In this document: in pieces, positions 35,927 through 50,151 of the stretch
Numbering within the stretch: the first letter of the stretch is position 1
Layout of the letters: every line of letters begins with the position of its first letter
Source of the DNA: Nemertoderma westbladi
Taxonomy: Eukaryota; Animalia; Xenacoelomorpha
Direction of reading: 5' to 3'
NCBI GenBank assembly: GCA_032718475.1
Contig: JAUCBJ010001075.1
Coordinates: 829 to 64,828 of the forward strand
DNA: 64,000 nt
The notes under the pieces: generated by a model
Databases searched by the model: none
What the model saw: only the letters and a program-made list of their open reading frames with translations
What the model was told of the DNA's origin: nothing
Position numbers and translations under genes: made by a program

Positions 35927-37018
35927 AAATTTTGTCTATGTGATGCCGTATCACTGTATCACACAGTCACAGGATTACCACATAGCTCGCGTTCTTGTAC
36001 ATTCTGGCTCCAGTCTTCTACTGTTCTATCTAGCGCAGTATCTACTATGACTGTATGAGACTATATAATATACCGGTCAGCCGGTACCTGTATACTGTTA
36101 CAGTGTTAGTTAGTTGTAGGTACTGGCTCAGGACTGCACAGCACATCACACAGATTTACACGGTCTTACAGTCTGACGGTTGCAGATTATAGGATTAATA
36201 TTACAGCTACAGTACAGTACAGCAGTAGTATACCGGTCCCGGTCCGGGGAAAAGTGAACACTATTCAAAATTTTAACTTATTAACAGTAGTATTACTGTA
36301 TTACCGTACAGCCGCACCTCGCAGGCTACAGTCTGACAGTAGGCCTATACGGTACCGGTAGCTGGACTGTCAGTCGGGCACTTTGAGAAAAACTTTAGGG
36401 TATTTATATTATCTAAACAGCACGGTGAAAAAAATTTCCGCACGGTCAAAAGTTTCTGATTTACTTATACTTTCTGACTTTCGATTTTTATATTTAAAAA
36501 ACACGTCTGGAAATATTTTAACACGTCAGGCTGTCAGGTAAAAAAATGTCAATATTGACATGTCCATCAGTCCATGCAGCCATGTCAATTTTGAGATGCC
36601 CCATCCTGGTGCCTGGTGAAACTAGCTCTAGCCCCATCCTGCCATCCTGGTGAAACTAGCTCTACCTACATGCAGACATGTCAATATTGACACATGTCTG
36701 CATGTCAATATTGACAAAGTGCCCGACTGACTGTGCAGCTGCTGAGCTGTGAGCTGGTGAGCGTGAGGTAAGCCAGTGAGCGTGACAGCGTGAGGAGGTC
36801 TGGAGGTGAGACAGAGAGACAATCTTAATCTAACAATCTAAAACACAGGTTATGTTAGGCCTATACTGTTAGCCTATCCCTATACCAGTATACAGTTATC
36901 TGGTTATAGGCCTACTCGTCTGCTCGTACTGTACCTAATAGAATAAGAACCAGGGAACGTATTATCCAATAAACTGCCAATTGTTTTACCGGTACGCTAT
37001 CTTTTGAAAGACTGAAAG

Positions 37019-37347
37019 ATGGCTGCGAGTTTCTTGAGCTACCTACCGGCAAGTCAGATGTCCCATGAGAAGAAATCCACTCTCCTAACTCTCATGATCC
37101 TAACTATAGCAGCGATTCTCTCCTTCCTAATCAGACTCTTCTCTGTACTCAGATTCGAATCGGTTATTCATGAGTTCGATCCCTACTTTAACTACCGTAC
37201 CACGAGATTTCTTGTTGACAATGGCTACTACGACTTCCATAACTGGTTCGATGACCGCGCCTGGTATCCTTTGGGAAGGATTATTGGTGGAACCATCTAC
37301 CCCGGGTTGATGATTACATCTACTATATTATATAACCTACTCCATAG
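37019..37347 (+). CDS. STT3A: Oligosaccharyltransferase catalytic subunit STT3A, exon 1
   Basis: [50 protein letters not shown]; donor AG|gtttgt, whose phase matches exon 2. Confidence 0.95.
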
Positions 37348-37498
37348 GTTTGTGAGTCGTCATTTCTCATTTTGTCTTTATGTCCTACCGCCATCGTACA
37401 GTCGTTGTAATTCTGTAACTTACCTTATATAATAACATATTTGTGTATATACCGGTACTGGTACTGTAGTAGCGTGTACTGGTGTAGGCCCTATACAC

Positions 37499-38286
37499 GG
37501 ATACATGACCGAACGTAATCAGGATCGAATGTAACATAGTTCAGTAGTTATTACGTATCGAACGTAACCGCAATTATGTTACATTGGATCCTATAACTAT
37601 GTTACATTCGATCTACAATTTACTAAGCCCGAATGTAACATGCCATTTAAAGGAGCAGGTTACAGATACGTGTTGGGGGAACCAAAACAATAAACGAAAG
37701 TTAACACATGTTACAAGATTATGCAGGTTACTTTTATTTAAAGGCAGAAAGGAGCAGGTTACAGAGGCGTGTTGGGGGGAACCAAAACAATAAACGAAAG
37801 TTAACACATGTTACATTCGATCTACAATTTACTAAGCCCGAATGTAACATGCCATTTAAAGGAGCAGGTTACAGATACGTGTTGGGGGAACCAAAACAAT
37901 AAACGAAAGTTAACACATGTTACAAGATTATGCAGGTTACTTTTATTTAAAGGCAGAAAGGAGCATGTTACAGAGGCGTGTTGGGGGGAACCAAAACAAT
38001 AAACGAAAGTTAACACATGTTACAAGATTATGCAAGTTACTTAATTGGGTCTTTGTTTTGTACTCACCAAACTGTTTCTTCCTGTAAATAAACGAAGCAT
38101 TTAATCGGTTTAACTCCTGAAATCAAAACACAACAGAAATAAATGTACCGGTATGTTACATTCGAGCTTAGTAATTTGTAGATCGAATGTAACATAGTTA
38201 TAGGATCCAATGTAACATAATTGAGGTTACTTTCGATTCGTAAAAACTATGTTACATTCGATCCTGATTACGTTCGGTCTGTCACC
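37499..38286. mobile_element. Mutator-like MITE in STT3A intron 1
   Basis: ~140-bp TIRs (GACCGAACGTAATCAGGATCGAATGTAACATAGTT...), flanking direct repeat CCCTATACAC (37489-37498 / 38287-38296), internal 209-bp tandem duplication. Confidence 0.85.
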
Positions 38287-38750
38287 CCCTATACACTATA
38301 GGCCTATAAATTATATACCGATTACATCATATTACAGTATTATATGCTTATTTATACAGTTTTAGGGCCTGGCCTACCTAAATAATTATATATAGGGGTA
38401 CTGTAAATCAGTAAATTGTAATACAGTTCAGATCAGACTACACTATTTATTGTACTAATCCCGAGACAAGTATTTTTTTATACATAAACATAACATATCA
38501 GCACAGCAGCATATTTAGTACATCTAAAACTACAACACAGAGTGTCAAACATACAACATACCCAGACAGCCAGATACCGTGCGGCATTAATCAGTTAAAT
38601 ATGTAATTTATGTCGATCCATTACCCGTACGGCCGTACATCTATCAATACTTAAACAGTGATTAGCTTCTACTAAGTCTGAAACTTACTTTCAGTTTCTG
38701 TAGGTTAGACCTAACTCATATAACAGTCTAAAAAACATTATATATTTTAG

Positions 38751-40103
38751 CCTCAACATTACAATCGACATCCGTAACGTATGTGTCTTCCTGGCCCCCC
38801 TCTTCTCCTCACTAACCAGCATCGTCACCTACCATCTCACCAAAGAGCTCTGGTCCACAGGGGCTGGCCTCGTCGCTGCTAGTCTCATTGCTATCGTCCC
38901 TGGTTACATATCCCGTTCGGTGGCTGGAAGTTACGACAACGAAGGAATCGCGATCTTCTGCATGCTCCTCACCTACACATTGTGGATAAAAGCTGTTAAA
39001 CGTGGCAGCGTTGCCTGGGCGACTGCCTGCGCAGTCGCATACTTCTACATGGTATCATCCTGGGGAGGCTACGTCTTCCTTATCAACCTCATACCAATGC
39101 ATGTATTCGCTCTCATAGTAACCGGTCGTTTCAACGTAAAGGTCTACGTTAGCTACTGCACCGTCTTCTGCCTCGGTACCGTAATGTCAATGCAGATCCC
39201 CTTCGTGGGGTTCCAGCCTATACAGAGCTCGGAGCACATGGCCGCCTTCGGGGTCTTCGGACTCTGTCAGATAGTCGGTTTCTACCAGTACGCCGCGAGC
39301 AAGTTGTCCAAAGAAGAGTTGAATCTCTTGTCGCGGTTCGTTATCTCGGCGACGGTGGTGGTCTCGTTGGTTGTCGCCATGGCTCTGCAACTCTCCGGTA
39401 AGATCGCGCCCTGGACCGGTCGCTTCTACAGTCTGCTGGATCCCAGTTACGCCAAGAACAACATCCCCATCATCGCGTCCGTCTCCGAACATCAACCGAC
39501 CGCCTGGAGTTCCTTCTACTTCGATCTGCAACTCCTCGTCTTTATGTTCCCCGTTGGCCTCTACCACTGCTTCGCTAACCTCACCACCGAGAACATCTTT
39601 ATCATTCTGTACGGCGTCACTAGCATCTACTTCGCCGGCGTTATGGTTCGATTGATGTTGGTTCTAGCGCCGGTTATGTGCATCCTTGCGAGCATAGGTC
39701 TCAACAAAACGATGACGTCCTTTATGAAGAACTTGGAATCGACGAACAAGGAAACCCCGCAGCCGAAGAAACGAGCCGACAACTCGTACTCCGTTAAGAA
39801 CGAGGTCGCCATGGCTGTGGTCGCGATGATCACGCTGTTCCTGACCACCTACGTGTTCCACTGCACCTGGGTGACCAGCGAGGCCTACAGCAGTCCGTCC
39901 ATCGTGCTGGCGGCTAGGGGCGGCAGCGATGGAAGTCGGATGATATTCGACGACTTCAGGGAGGCCTACTACTGGATGCGGCAGAACACCGAGGAAGACG
40001 CGAAGATAATGTCCTGGTGGGATTACGGATATCAGATAACCGCGATGGCTAACCGAACCATACTAGTCGACAATAACACCTGGAACAACACTCACATATC
40101 GAG
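38751..40103 (+). CDS. STT3A: STT3A exon 2
   Basis: ttttag|C CTC AAC; [63 protein letters not shown]; donor AG|gttatt. Confidence 0.97.
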
Positions 40104-40294
40104 GTTATTATTACATTGTACACACCTTATATATTAATGTTAAGAAATTTACTATTCGCAACAATAAACTCAGTTCAGTTACCATCGTTTTAAAAAAAAA
40201 CCGATAGCGAGAAAAATTTCGGTACCCTGTGATATTATTTGGTTACCGGAACGTTTTATTGGTATACTTCATCGTGATTCCTCTTGTTTTACAG

Positions 40295-40742
40295 AGTCGG
40301 CCAAGCGATGTCTTCCACTGAGGATAAAGCCTACGAGATAATGCAGGAGCTGGACGTTGACTACGTGCTCGTAATATTCGGCGGCATGGTCGGCTACTCC
40401 TCCGACGACATCAACAAGTTCCTCTGGATGGTCCGGATCGGCGGCTCCACAGACAGGGGGACCCACATACACGAGAAGGATTACTACACCCCCAGCGGCG
40501 AGTTCCGAGTCGACAGAGAGGGCTCCCCCACCCTCCTCAACTGTCTCATGTACAAACTCTGCTACTACAAGTTCGGTAACGTCTACACCGACGCCAACAA
40601 ACCGATGGGTTACGATAGAGTTCGCAACGTCGAGATCGGTAACAAAGACTTCGAGTTGGATGTACTGGAGGAGGCCTACACCACTCAGCATTGGTTGGTG
40701 CGGATATACAAGGTGAAACCGATGTCTAATCGGGGTATATAG
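40295..40742 (+). CDS. STT3A: STT3A exon 3
   Basis: ttttacag|A GTC; HISRVGQAM is STT3A-type (STT3B has HIALVGKAM); [31 protein letters not shown]; stop TAG ends at 40742. Confidence 0.96.
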
Positions 40743-41937
40743 AGGGTCCCCCTGGGGTTGTATTACTTGAGTTTATTTATTGAGGTGGAGTTGAGACAAG
40801 GTGCCGGGTATAGGAATCGGTTGAGTGGCTCGATCCAGTCCATCGTTATGTCTTCACAGACTTTGGCGGATGCTTTTAGCGACTAAATTATTGTTTGTCT
40901 ATATATTTATATACAAAGACTCGATAAAAATAATGAAATAAGATGATTAGGGACGGGTTGATAATTTTTTATATCATTGCCAGGTGATTTTTATAATAAC
41001 ATCAGTGCCGGTGGTCCAATACACTATTATATTCTGTAAACCTGCAAACTGCAAGTCTAAACATCGGAATATAAGTTTATTAATCCAAATCGGTGTAGTA
41101 ATTATGATTAATTATTATCCTAATTGTTTAGGTGAAGGAAATAAAGACATAAATGGTTAATAGGTGCACATTATTTAACACCTATTTATACACAACACGT
41201 GAAATTAATTGTTTTACATTCTTTATTTTGGTTTCTATGTATCAGGTATTGTGACCATTTGGTTTTGGATCTCTCAGTTAACTCGAACATCCACCAACAC
41301 CAGTTAGGTGATAACATACAGTGAGGCTATGTATTTTCAATATCAATAGTAATATTTTTGGGGACATAATATATTACGTGCTAAACTTATTTTCGTTACT
41401 GGTTTATAGCTAACTATTTATTTTCTCCAGGTTATAGGTGTACGATACCAGTGTTGCTCGAGTTTGTGCAGTTTATATCAAACAAACCTTGTATAGTAAA
41501 CAACTTGCATACAAAATGTGAATTAATACATTCCTGCGGTTTTCGGTGTCAGCTTAATCTTAAAGCTAATCTATAATCAACGATATTAGTTTCAATGATG
41601 GGAAGGCCCACTTTGAGAAGCTCCAAAACGATGGCAGTGTATTGAATGATAACGTAGTGTGATACATCCTGTGTGTGTCTGAGTATCTAGGAAGTACTCC
41701 ATACTCACAGACACAGATATACACAGAGAGACATACATAGCTCCTTTGCCAAAGTCTAGATTGATGCAAAGAGAATGAAGCATCAGCATCAAGCAAACAG
41801 CATACCGATAGATAGAGCCAGTAAATATCAGTCGGCTTCTTCAAGACATACTCTAAAGATCAGCCCCCAGCGGCAAATTTCACAAAAAGGGAACCCCAAA
41901 ATTCAAGAAAAAAAGGGGGAAAGGAGCCACAAATGTT

Positions 41938-44311
41938 AAAATAAAGGGGAAAAGGGAACCACAACAGATAAATTAAAGGGGAAAAAGGAACCACAAAAGA
42001 TAAAATAAAGGGGAAAAAGGAACCACAAAAGATAAAATAAAGGGGAAAAAGGAACCACAAAAGATAAAATAAAGGGGAAAAAGGAACCACAAAAGATAAA
42101 ATAAAGGGGAAAAAGGAGCCACAAAAAGATAAAATAAAGGGGAAAAAGGAACCACAAAAGATAAAATAAAGGGGAAAAAGGAACCCCAAAAGATAAAATA
42201 AAGGGGAAAAAGGAGCCACAAAAGATAAAATAAAGGGGAAAAAGGAACCACAAAAGATAAAATAAAGGGGAAAAAGGAACCACAAAAGATAAAATAGAGG
42301 GGAAAAAGGAACCCCAAAAGATAAAATAAAGGGGAAAAAGGAACCACAAAAGATAAAATAAAGGGGAAAAAGGAACCACAAAAGATAAAATAAAGGGGAA
42401 AAAGGAACCACAAAAGATAAAATAAAGGGGAAAAAGGAACCACAAAAGATAAAATAAAGGGGAAAAAGGAACCCCAAAAGATAAAATAAAGGGGAAAAAG
42501 GAACCACAAAAGATAAAATAAAGGGGAAAAAGGAACCACAAAAGATAAAATAAAGGGGAAAAGGGAACCACAAAAGATAAAATAAAGGGGAAAAGGAACC
42601 ACAAAAGATAAAATAAAGGGGAAAAAGGAACCACAAAAGATAAAATAAAGGGGAAAAGGGAACCACAAAAGATAAAATAAAGGGGAAAAAGGAACCCCAA
42701 AAGATAAAATAAAGGGGAAAAAGGAACCACAAAAGATAAAATAAAGGGGAAAAAGGAACCACAAAAGATAAAATAAAGGGGAAAAGGGAACCACAAAAGA
42801 TAAAATAAAGGGGAAAAGGGAACCACAAAAGATAAAATAAAGGGGAAAAGGGAACCACAAAAGATAAAATAAAGGGGAAAAAGGAACCCCAAAAGATAAA
42901 ATAAAGGGGAAAAAGGAACCACAAAAGATAAAATAAAGGGGAAAAAGGAACCACAAAAGATAAAATAAAGGGGAAAAGGGAACCACAAAAGATAAAATAA
43001 AGGGGAAAAAGGAACCCCAAAAGATAAAATAAAGGGGAAAAAGGAACCACAAAAGATAAAATAAAGGGGAAAAGGGAACCACAAAAGATAAAATAAAGGG
43101 GAAAAAGGAACCCCAAAAGATAAAATAAAGGGGAAAAGGGAACCACAAAAGATAAAATAAAGGGGAAAAAGGGAACCACAAAAGATAAAATAAAGGGGAA
43201 AAAGGAACCACAAAAGATAAAATAAAGGGGAAAAAGGAACCACAAAAGATAAAATAAAGGGGAAAAAGGAACCCCAAAAGATAAAATAAAGGGGAAAAAG
43301 GAACCCCAAAAGATAAAATAAAGGGGAAAAAGGAACCACAAAAGATAAAATAAAGGGGAAAAAGGAACCACAAAAGATAAAATAAAGGGGAAAAAGGAAC
43401 CACAAAAGATAAAATAAAGGGGAAAAAGGAACCCCAAAAGATAAAATAAAGGGGAAAAAGGGACCACAAAAGATAAAATAAAGGGGAAAAAGGAACCCCA
43501 AAAGATAAAATAAAGGGGAAAAGGGAACCACAAAAGATAAAATAAAGGGGAAAAAGGAACCCCAAAAGATAAAATAAAGGGGAAAAAGGAACCCCAAAAG
43601 ATAAAATAAAGGGGAAAAAGGAACCACAAAAGATAAAATAAAGGGGAAAAAGGAACCACAAAAGATAAAATAAAGGGGAAAAAGGAACCACAAAAGATAA
43701 AATAAAGGGGAAAAAGGAACCCCAAAAGATAAAATAAAGGGGAAAAAGGAACCACAAAAGACAAAATAAAGGGGAAAAAGGAACCCCAAAAGATAAAATA
43801 AAGGGGAAAAAGGGACCACAAAAGATAAAATAAAGGGGAAAAAGGAACCACAAAAGATAAAATAAAGGGGAAAAAGGAACCACAAAAGATAAAATAAAGG
43901 AGAAAAAGTAACCACAAAAGATAAAATAAAGGGGAAAAAGGAACCCCAAAAGATAAAATAAAGGGGAAAAAGGAACCACAAAAGATAAAATAAAGGGGAA
44001 AAAGTAACCACAAAAGATAAAATAAAGGGGAAAAAGGAACCCCAAAAGATAAAATAAAGGGGAAAAAGGAACCACAAAAGATAAAATAAAGGGGAAAAAG
44101 GAACCACAAAAGATAAAATAAAGGGGAAAAGGGAACCACAAAAGATAAAATAAAGGGGAAAAGGGAACCACAAAAGATAAAATAAAGGGGAAAAAGGAAC
44201 CACAAAAGATAAAATAAAGGGGAAAAAGGAACCACAAAAGATAAAATAAAGGGGAAAAAGGAACCACAAAAGATAAAATAAAGGGGAAAAAGGAACCACA
44301 AAAGATAAAAA
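41938..44311. repeat. 32-bp minisatellite, ~74 copies
   Basis: Unit AAAAGATAAAATAAAGGGGAAAAAGGAACCAC with minor variants. Confidence 0.97.
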
Positions 44312-45226
44312 GAGATAAAGAGTTGCTTCCCTCATTTTTCAGTAATTTTATGGATTACCTACCAAATAGTTTACATAGAGGTCTCGTGGAGTTTGATAGT
44401 TAATGGATGTGATGCAGTAGTGTAGAAAGTGGAAAATAAAACCTGAAGTTTTCCATTTTTTAATGTTAGAAAATGAGAAATTTCAGCTAAGTAAAATTGA
44501 GCGCAGTGCTACAGTATATAGGCGGCAGCATCATATTTTAAAAATTAAAATCATTAAATTTCCTTAAGAATGCGATCTATAATGACTAGGGTTTAAAAAA
44601 ATTCATGATACAGAATATTACCCATGAAACTTTTGAATTTTTTAAATTTGTTATGAAATATAATGAATTATTTAAATTGAACAATGTAGGGGGTGGATTG
44701 GGGGGGGGGGGGGGGTGGGGGGGGGTGGGTGATGGGTACCTGGGGCGCGCCTATTTTATGAAGCGGGTAGGAAGTTTATGAAGGGCCCACATGAGTTAAC
44801 AAACTTATGGTTATTGCGTACAACCGTCGCCTACAGTCGATCACTAAAACGGAGTCTTCAGAGCAAAGGGCAATTCGACAATCCTTCTGTGTTGTAGCGA
44901 CGGAGGACGATGTAACCATAGGATATGACTACGCTCTGGGTCATTTCACAGATGCTGATGACACCAGCGATGAAGAATTGGAGTTCGAGAGGTTTGAAGA
45001 CTATACTGTTTAGTTTTAGTTAGTTAAAGATTGGGTTGTGATTTATTGTTATATGATTTTAATTAATATAATTATAATATTACAACTATATTATTCAAAT
45101 ACCATTTTACTACTATTATTATTACTACATTAATACTATTATTTAAGTAACAAATATTGATGATTTTCAAGCTTACACCGAGGATTATTAAAGTAGTGGG
45201 AAGAGGTAGAAGCAAAATACAGTCTA

Positions 45227-47351
45227 GTAAAACAGTCTAACTCCAAAATAAAATATATAAAACAGTCTAACTCCAAAATAAAATATATAAAACAGTCTAA
45301 CTCCAAAATAAAATATATAAAACAGTCTAACTCCAAAATAAAATATATAAAACAGTCTAACTCCAAAATAAAATATATAAAACAGTCTAACTCCAAAATA
45401 TAATATATAAAACAGTCTAACTCCAAAATAAAATATATAAAACAGTCTAACTCCAAAATAAAATATATAAAACAGTTTAACTCCAAAATAAAATATATAA
45501 AACAGTCTAACTCCAAAATAAAATATATAAAACAGTCTAACTCCAAAATAAAATATATAAAACAGTCTAACTCCAAAATAAAATATATAAAACAGTCTAT
45601 TAACTCCAAAATAAAATATATAAAACAGTCTAACTCCAAAATAAAATATATAAAACAGTCTAACTCCAAAATAAAATATATAAAACAGTCTAACTCCAAA
45701 ATAAAATATATAAAACAGTCTAACTCCAAAATAAAATATATAAAACAGTCTAACTCCAAAATAAAATATATAAAACAGTCTAACTCCAAAATAAAATATA
45801 TAAAACAGTCTAACTCCAAAATAAAATATATAAAACAGTCTAACTCCAAAATAAAATATATAAAACAGTCTAACTCCAAAATAAAATATATAAAACAGTC
45901 TATTAACTCCAAAATAAAATATATAAAACAGTCTAACTCCAAAATAAAATATATAAAACAGTCTAACTCCAAAATAAAATATATAAAACAGTCTAACTCC
46001 AAAATAAAATATATAAAACAGTCTAACTCCAAAATAAAATATATAAAACAGTCTAACTCCAAAATAAAATATATAAAACAGTCTAACTCCAAAATAAAAT
46101 ATATAAAACAGTCTAACTCCAAAATAAAATATATAAAACAGTCTAACTCCAAAATAAAATATATAAAACAGTCTAACTCCAAAATAAAATATATAAAACA
46201 GTCTAACTCCAAAATAAAATATATAAAACAGTCTAACTCCAAAATAAAATATATAAAACAGTCTAACTCCAAAATAAAATATATAAAACAGTCTAACACC
46301 AAAATAAAATATATAAAACAGTCTAACTCCAAAATATAATATATAAAACAGTCTAACTCCAAAATAAAATTTATAAAACAGTCTAACTCCAAAATATAAT
46401 ATATAAAACAGTCTAACTCCAAAATAAAATATATAAAACAGTCTAACTCCAAAATAAAATATATAAAACAGTCTAACTCCAAAATAAAATATATAAAACA
46501 GTCTAACTCCAAAATAAAATATATAAAACAGTCTAACTCCAAAATAAAATATATAAAACAGTCTAACTCCAAAATAAAATATATAAAACAGTCTAACTCC
46601 AAAATAAAATATATAAAACAGTCTAACTCCAAAATAAAATATATAAAACAGTCTAACTCCAAAATAAAATATATAAAACAGTCTAACTCCAAAATAAAAT
46701 ATATAAAACAGTCTAACTCCAAAATAAAATATATAAAACAGTCTATTAACTCCAAAATAAAATATATAAAACAGTCTAACTCCAAAATAAAATATATAAA
46801 ACAGTCTAACTCCAAAATAAAATATATAAAACAGTCTAACTCCAAAATAAAATATATAAAACAGTCTAACTCCAAAATAAAATATATAAAACAGTCTAAC
46901 TCCAAAATAAAATATATAAAACAGTCTAACTCCAAAATAAAATATATAAAACAGTCTAACTCCAAAATAAAATATATAAAACAGTCTAACTCCAAAATAA
47001 AATATATAAAACAGTCTAACTCCAAAATAAAATATATAAAACAGTCTATTAACTCCAAAATAAAATATATAAAACAGTCTAACTCCAAAATAAAATATAT
47101 AAAACAGTCTAACTCCAAAATAAAATATATAAAACAGTCTAACTCCAAAATAAAATATATAAAACAGTCTAACTCCAAAATAAAATATATAAAACAGTCT
47201 AACTCCAAAATAAAATATATAAAACAGTCTAACTCCAAAATAAAATATATAAAACAGTCTAACTCCAAAATAAAATATATAAAACAGTCTAACTCCAAAA
47301 TAAAATATATAAAACAGTCTAACTCCAAAATAAAATATATAAAACAGTCTA
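45227..47351. repeat. 30-bp minisatellite, ~70 copies
   Basis: Unit TAAAACAGTCTAACTCCAAAATAAAATATA. Confidence 0.97.
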
Positions 47352-47683
47352 AAGCTAATAAAGCAGTAATGGACTAATCGAATAAGTGACGAAAGTTATG
47401 AGTCGCTGAATACTCTGATTGGAATACATTTCATGAAATTCGTGAATTTGAATTGCGAATTAGTTTTGGGTCACCTCTCAACCTCTTTTTTCCTCAATTG
47501 AGGAGACGGACAGACAATTATTGTAAAACGATGCAAAGTACTACATATACAACATCAAAAAGTAAATAATTTCACATAAACAATAATATATTAATATTGC
47601 AATAATTTTGACATTCAAATTGTAAACATTAAACTAAATAATATTCTTACGTTCGTTACGTTCGTTCTGTACCAAGGCGAAGT

Positions 47684-47931
47684 CTAGGTATAAAGTGTAC
47701 TATACTGTACTATACAAAATGTACTGTACTCTAGTGTACGAAGGCTAGGTACAAAGTGTACTATACTGTACTATACAAAATGTACTGTACTCTAGTGTAC
47801 GAAGGCTAGGTACAAAGTGTACTATACTGTACTATACAAAATGTACTGTACTCTAGTGTACGAAGGCTAGGTACAAAGTGTACTATACTGTACTATACAA
47901 AATGTACTGTACTCTAGTGTACGAAGGCTAG
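47684..47931. repeat. 61-bp tandem repeat, 4 copies
   Basis: CTAGGTACAAAGTGTACTATACTGTACTATACAAAATGTACTGTACTCTAGTGTACGAAGG repeated. Confidence 0.95.
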
Positions 47932-48228
47932 TTTTGCTAGCAGAGCTTTATTGTCAGTCTCTCTCAGTGGCAGTAATGAAATAACTGCAGTATACTCGAT
48001 GCTTACGATCTATTGTAAGAAGTATTAAGTGAGTGTACTGTACAGGAATGTACAGGAAATTTTTTTTTTTACTGTATAGGAATGCCAGTAATCTAATATA
48101 GTTTGTCAATTCGGAAACTAAGAAAGGGTAAATAAAAATGCTTATTTTTTTTATTTATCATTATTAAAAAAAGGGGAAAAAGGATAAATTCAATAAAAAA
48201 AAAGGGGAAGATCCAAAAAAAGGGGTAA

Positions 48229-49744
48229 AAGGAACCGCTGGGAGGGCTGAAAGATGTTCTGCCAAATAAGAAGGAACCGCTGGGAGGGCTGAAAGATGTT
48301 CTGCCAAAGAAGAAGGAACCGCTGGGAGGGCTGAAAGATGTTCTGCCAAATAAGAAGGAACCGCTGGGAGGGCTGAAAGATGTTCTGCCAAATAAGAAGG
48401 AACCGCTGGGAGGGCTGAAAGATGTTCTGCCAAAGAAGAAGGAACCGCTGGGAGGGCTGAAAGATGTTCTGCCAAATAAGAAGGAACCGCTGGGAGGGCT
48501 GAAAGATGTTCTGCCAAAGAAGAAGGAACCGCTGGGAGGGCTGAAAGATGTTCTGCCAAAGAAGAAGGAACCGCTGGGAGGGCTGAAAGATGTTCTGCCA
48601 AAGAAGAAGGAACCGCTGGGAGGGCTGAAAGATGTTCTGCCAAAGAAGAAGGAACCGCTGGGAGGGCTGAAAGATGTTCTGCCAAAGAAGAAGGAACCGC
48701 TGGGACGGCTGAAAGATGTTCTGCCAAAGAAGAAGGAACCGCTGGGAGGGCTGAAAGATGTTCTGCCAAAGAAGAAGGAACCGCTGGGATGGCTGAAAGA
48801 TGTTCTGCCAAAGAAGAAGGAACCGCTGGGAGGGCTGAAAGATGTTCTGCCAAAGAAGAAGGAACCGTTGGGAGGGCTGAAAGATGTTCTGCCAAAGAAG
48901 AAGGAACCGCTGGGAGGGCTGAAAGATGTTCTGCCAAAGAAGAAGGAACCGCTGGGAGGGCTGAAAGATGTTCTGCCAAAGAAGAAGGAACCGCTGGGAG
49001 GGCTGAAAGATGTTCTGCCAAAGAAGAAGGAACCGCTGGGAGGGCTGAAAGATGTTCTGCCAAAGAAGAAGGAACCGCTGGGAGGGCTGAAAGATGTTCT
49101 GCCAAAGAAGAAGGAACCGCTGGGAGGGCTGAAAGATGTTTTGCCAAAGAAGAAGGAACCGCTGGGAGGGCTGAAAGATGTTCTGCCAAAGAAGAAGGAA
49201 CCGCTGGGAGGGCTGAAAGATGTTCTGCCAAAGAAGAAGGAACCGCTGGGAGGGCTGAAAGATGTTCTGCCAAAGAAGAAGGCACCGCTGGGAGGGCTGA
49301 AAGATGTTCTGCCAAAGAAGAAGGAACCGCTGGGAGGGCTGAAAGATGTTCTGCCAAAGAAGAAGGAACCGCTGGGAGGGCTGAAAGATGTTCTGCCAAA
49401 GAAGAAGGAACCGCTGGGAGGGCTGAAAGATGTTCTGCCAAAGAAGAAGGAACCGCTGGGAGGGCTGAAAGATGTTCTGCCAAAGAAGAAGGAACCGCTG
49501 GGAGGGCTGAAAGATGTTCTGCCAAAGAAGAAGGAACCGCTGGGAGGGCTGAAAGATGTTCTGCCAAAGAAGAAGGAACCGCTGGGATGGCTGAAAGATG
49601 TTCTGCCAAAGAAGAAGGAACCGCTGGGAGGGCTGAAAGATGTTCTGCCAAAGAAGAAGGAACCGCTGGGAGGGCTGAAAGATGTTCTGCCAAAGAAGAA
49701 GGAACCGCTGGGAGGGCTGAAAGATGTTCTGCCAAAGAAGAAGA
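48229..49744. repeat. 42-bp minisatellite, ~36 copies
   Basis: Unit AAGGAACCGCTGGGAGGGCTGAAAGATGTTCTGCCAAAGAAG. Confidence 0.97.
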
Positions 49745-50151
49745 AGATGCAAAGAAGTTGTGAATGAATAAATGATCAAAGGGTCTGAATTATGATGAAT
49801 TGATATTTATTTAAATTTATCCTTAAATAATTAAGTGTTGTATTATAGACCCTCATTTCAATCTCATAACCTGTACAGATAATTATTAGTTGATTGTTTT
49901 TATAAATTATTCAGCCCTTGAATATAACATTGGTTTTTAGTGGAATACCGGTACTGGTATTCTTTAAAGTGATATAGGACAGCAACAACAAACTGGTATA
50001 TCTCACAGCACTCTTCGAAACCGCCTGATCAACGACAAGGAAACAGTGACGTCATGTGTCGCATTACAAACCCCTTTCACTGATTAACACATAGTGGTTC
50101 TGCAGATTATGTGGGATGCAATGCCCCCCTGCCAATTAGGTAACGTGCCAT

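Noticed and set aside
39187-40691. Antisense ORFs over STT3A exons
   Set aside because: Shadow ORFs caused by codon bias of the real gene.
41860-44335. Three 760-810 aa hydrophobic ORFs on the minus strand
   Set aside because: All three frames give the same 32-aa periodic text; this is an artefact of a stop-free 32-bp repeat.
44807-45013. 68-aa ORF with an acidic tail
   Set aside because: Short, no recognisable domain; possibly a transposon scrap but unsupported.
45139-47328. 729-aa (LELDCFIYFI)n ORF
   Set aside because: Translation of the 30-bp satellite; no ATG start and no unique domain.
48164-49779. Repeat ORFs on both strands of the 42-bp array
   Set aside because: Open in several frames simply because the unit is a multiple of 3; variant units introduce stops in one plus frame; no splice or start context.
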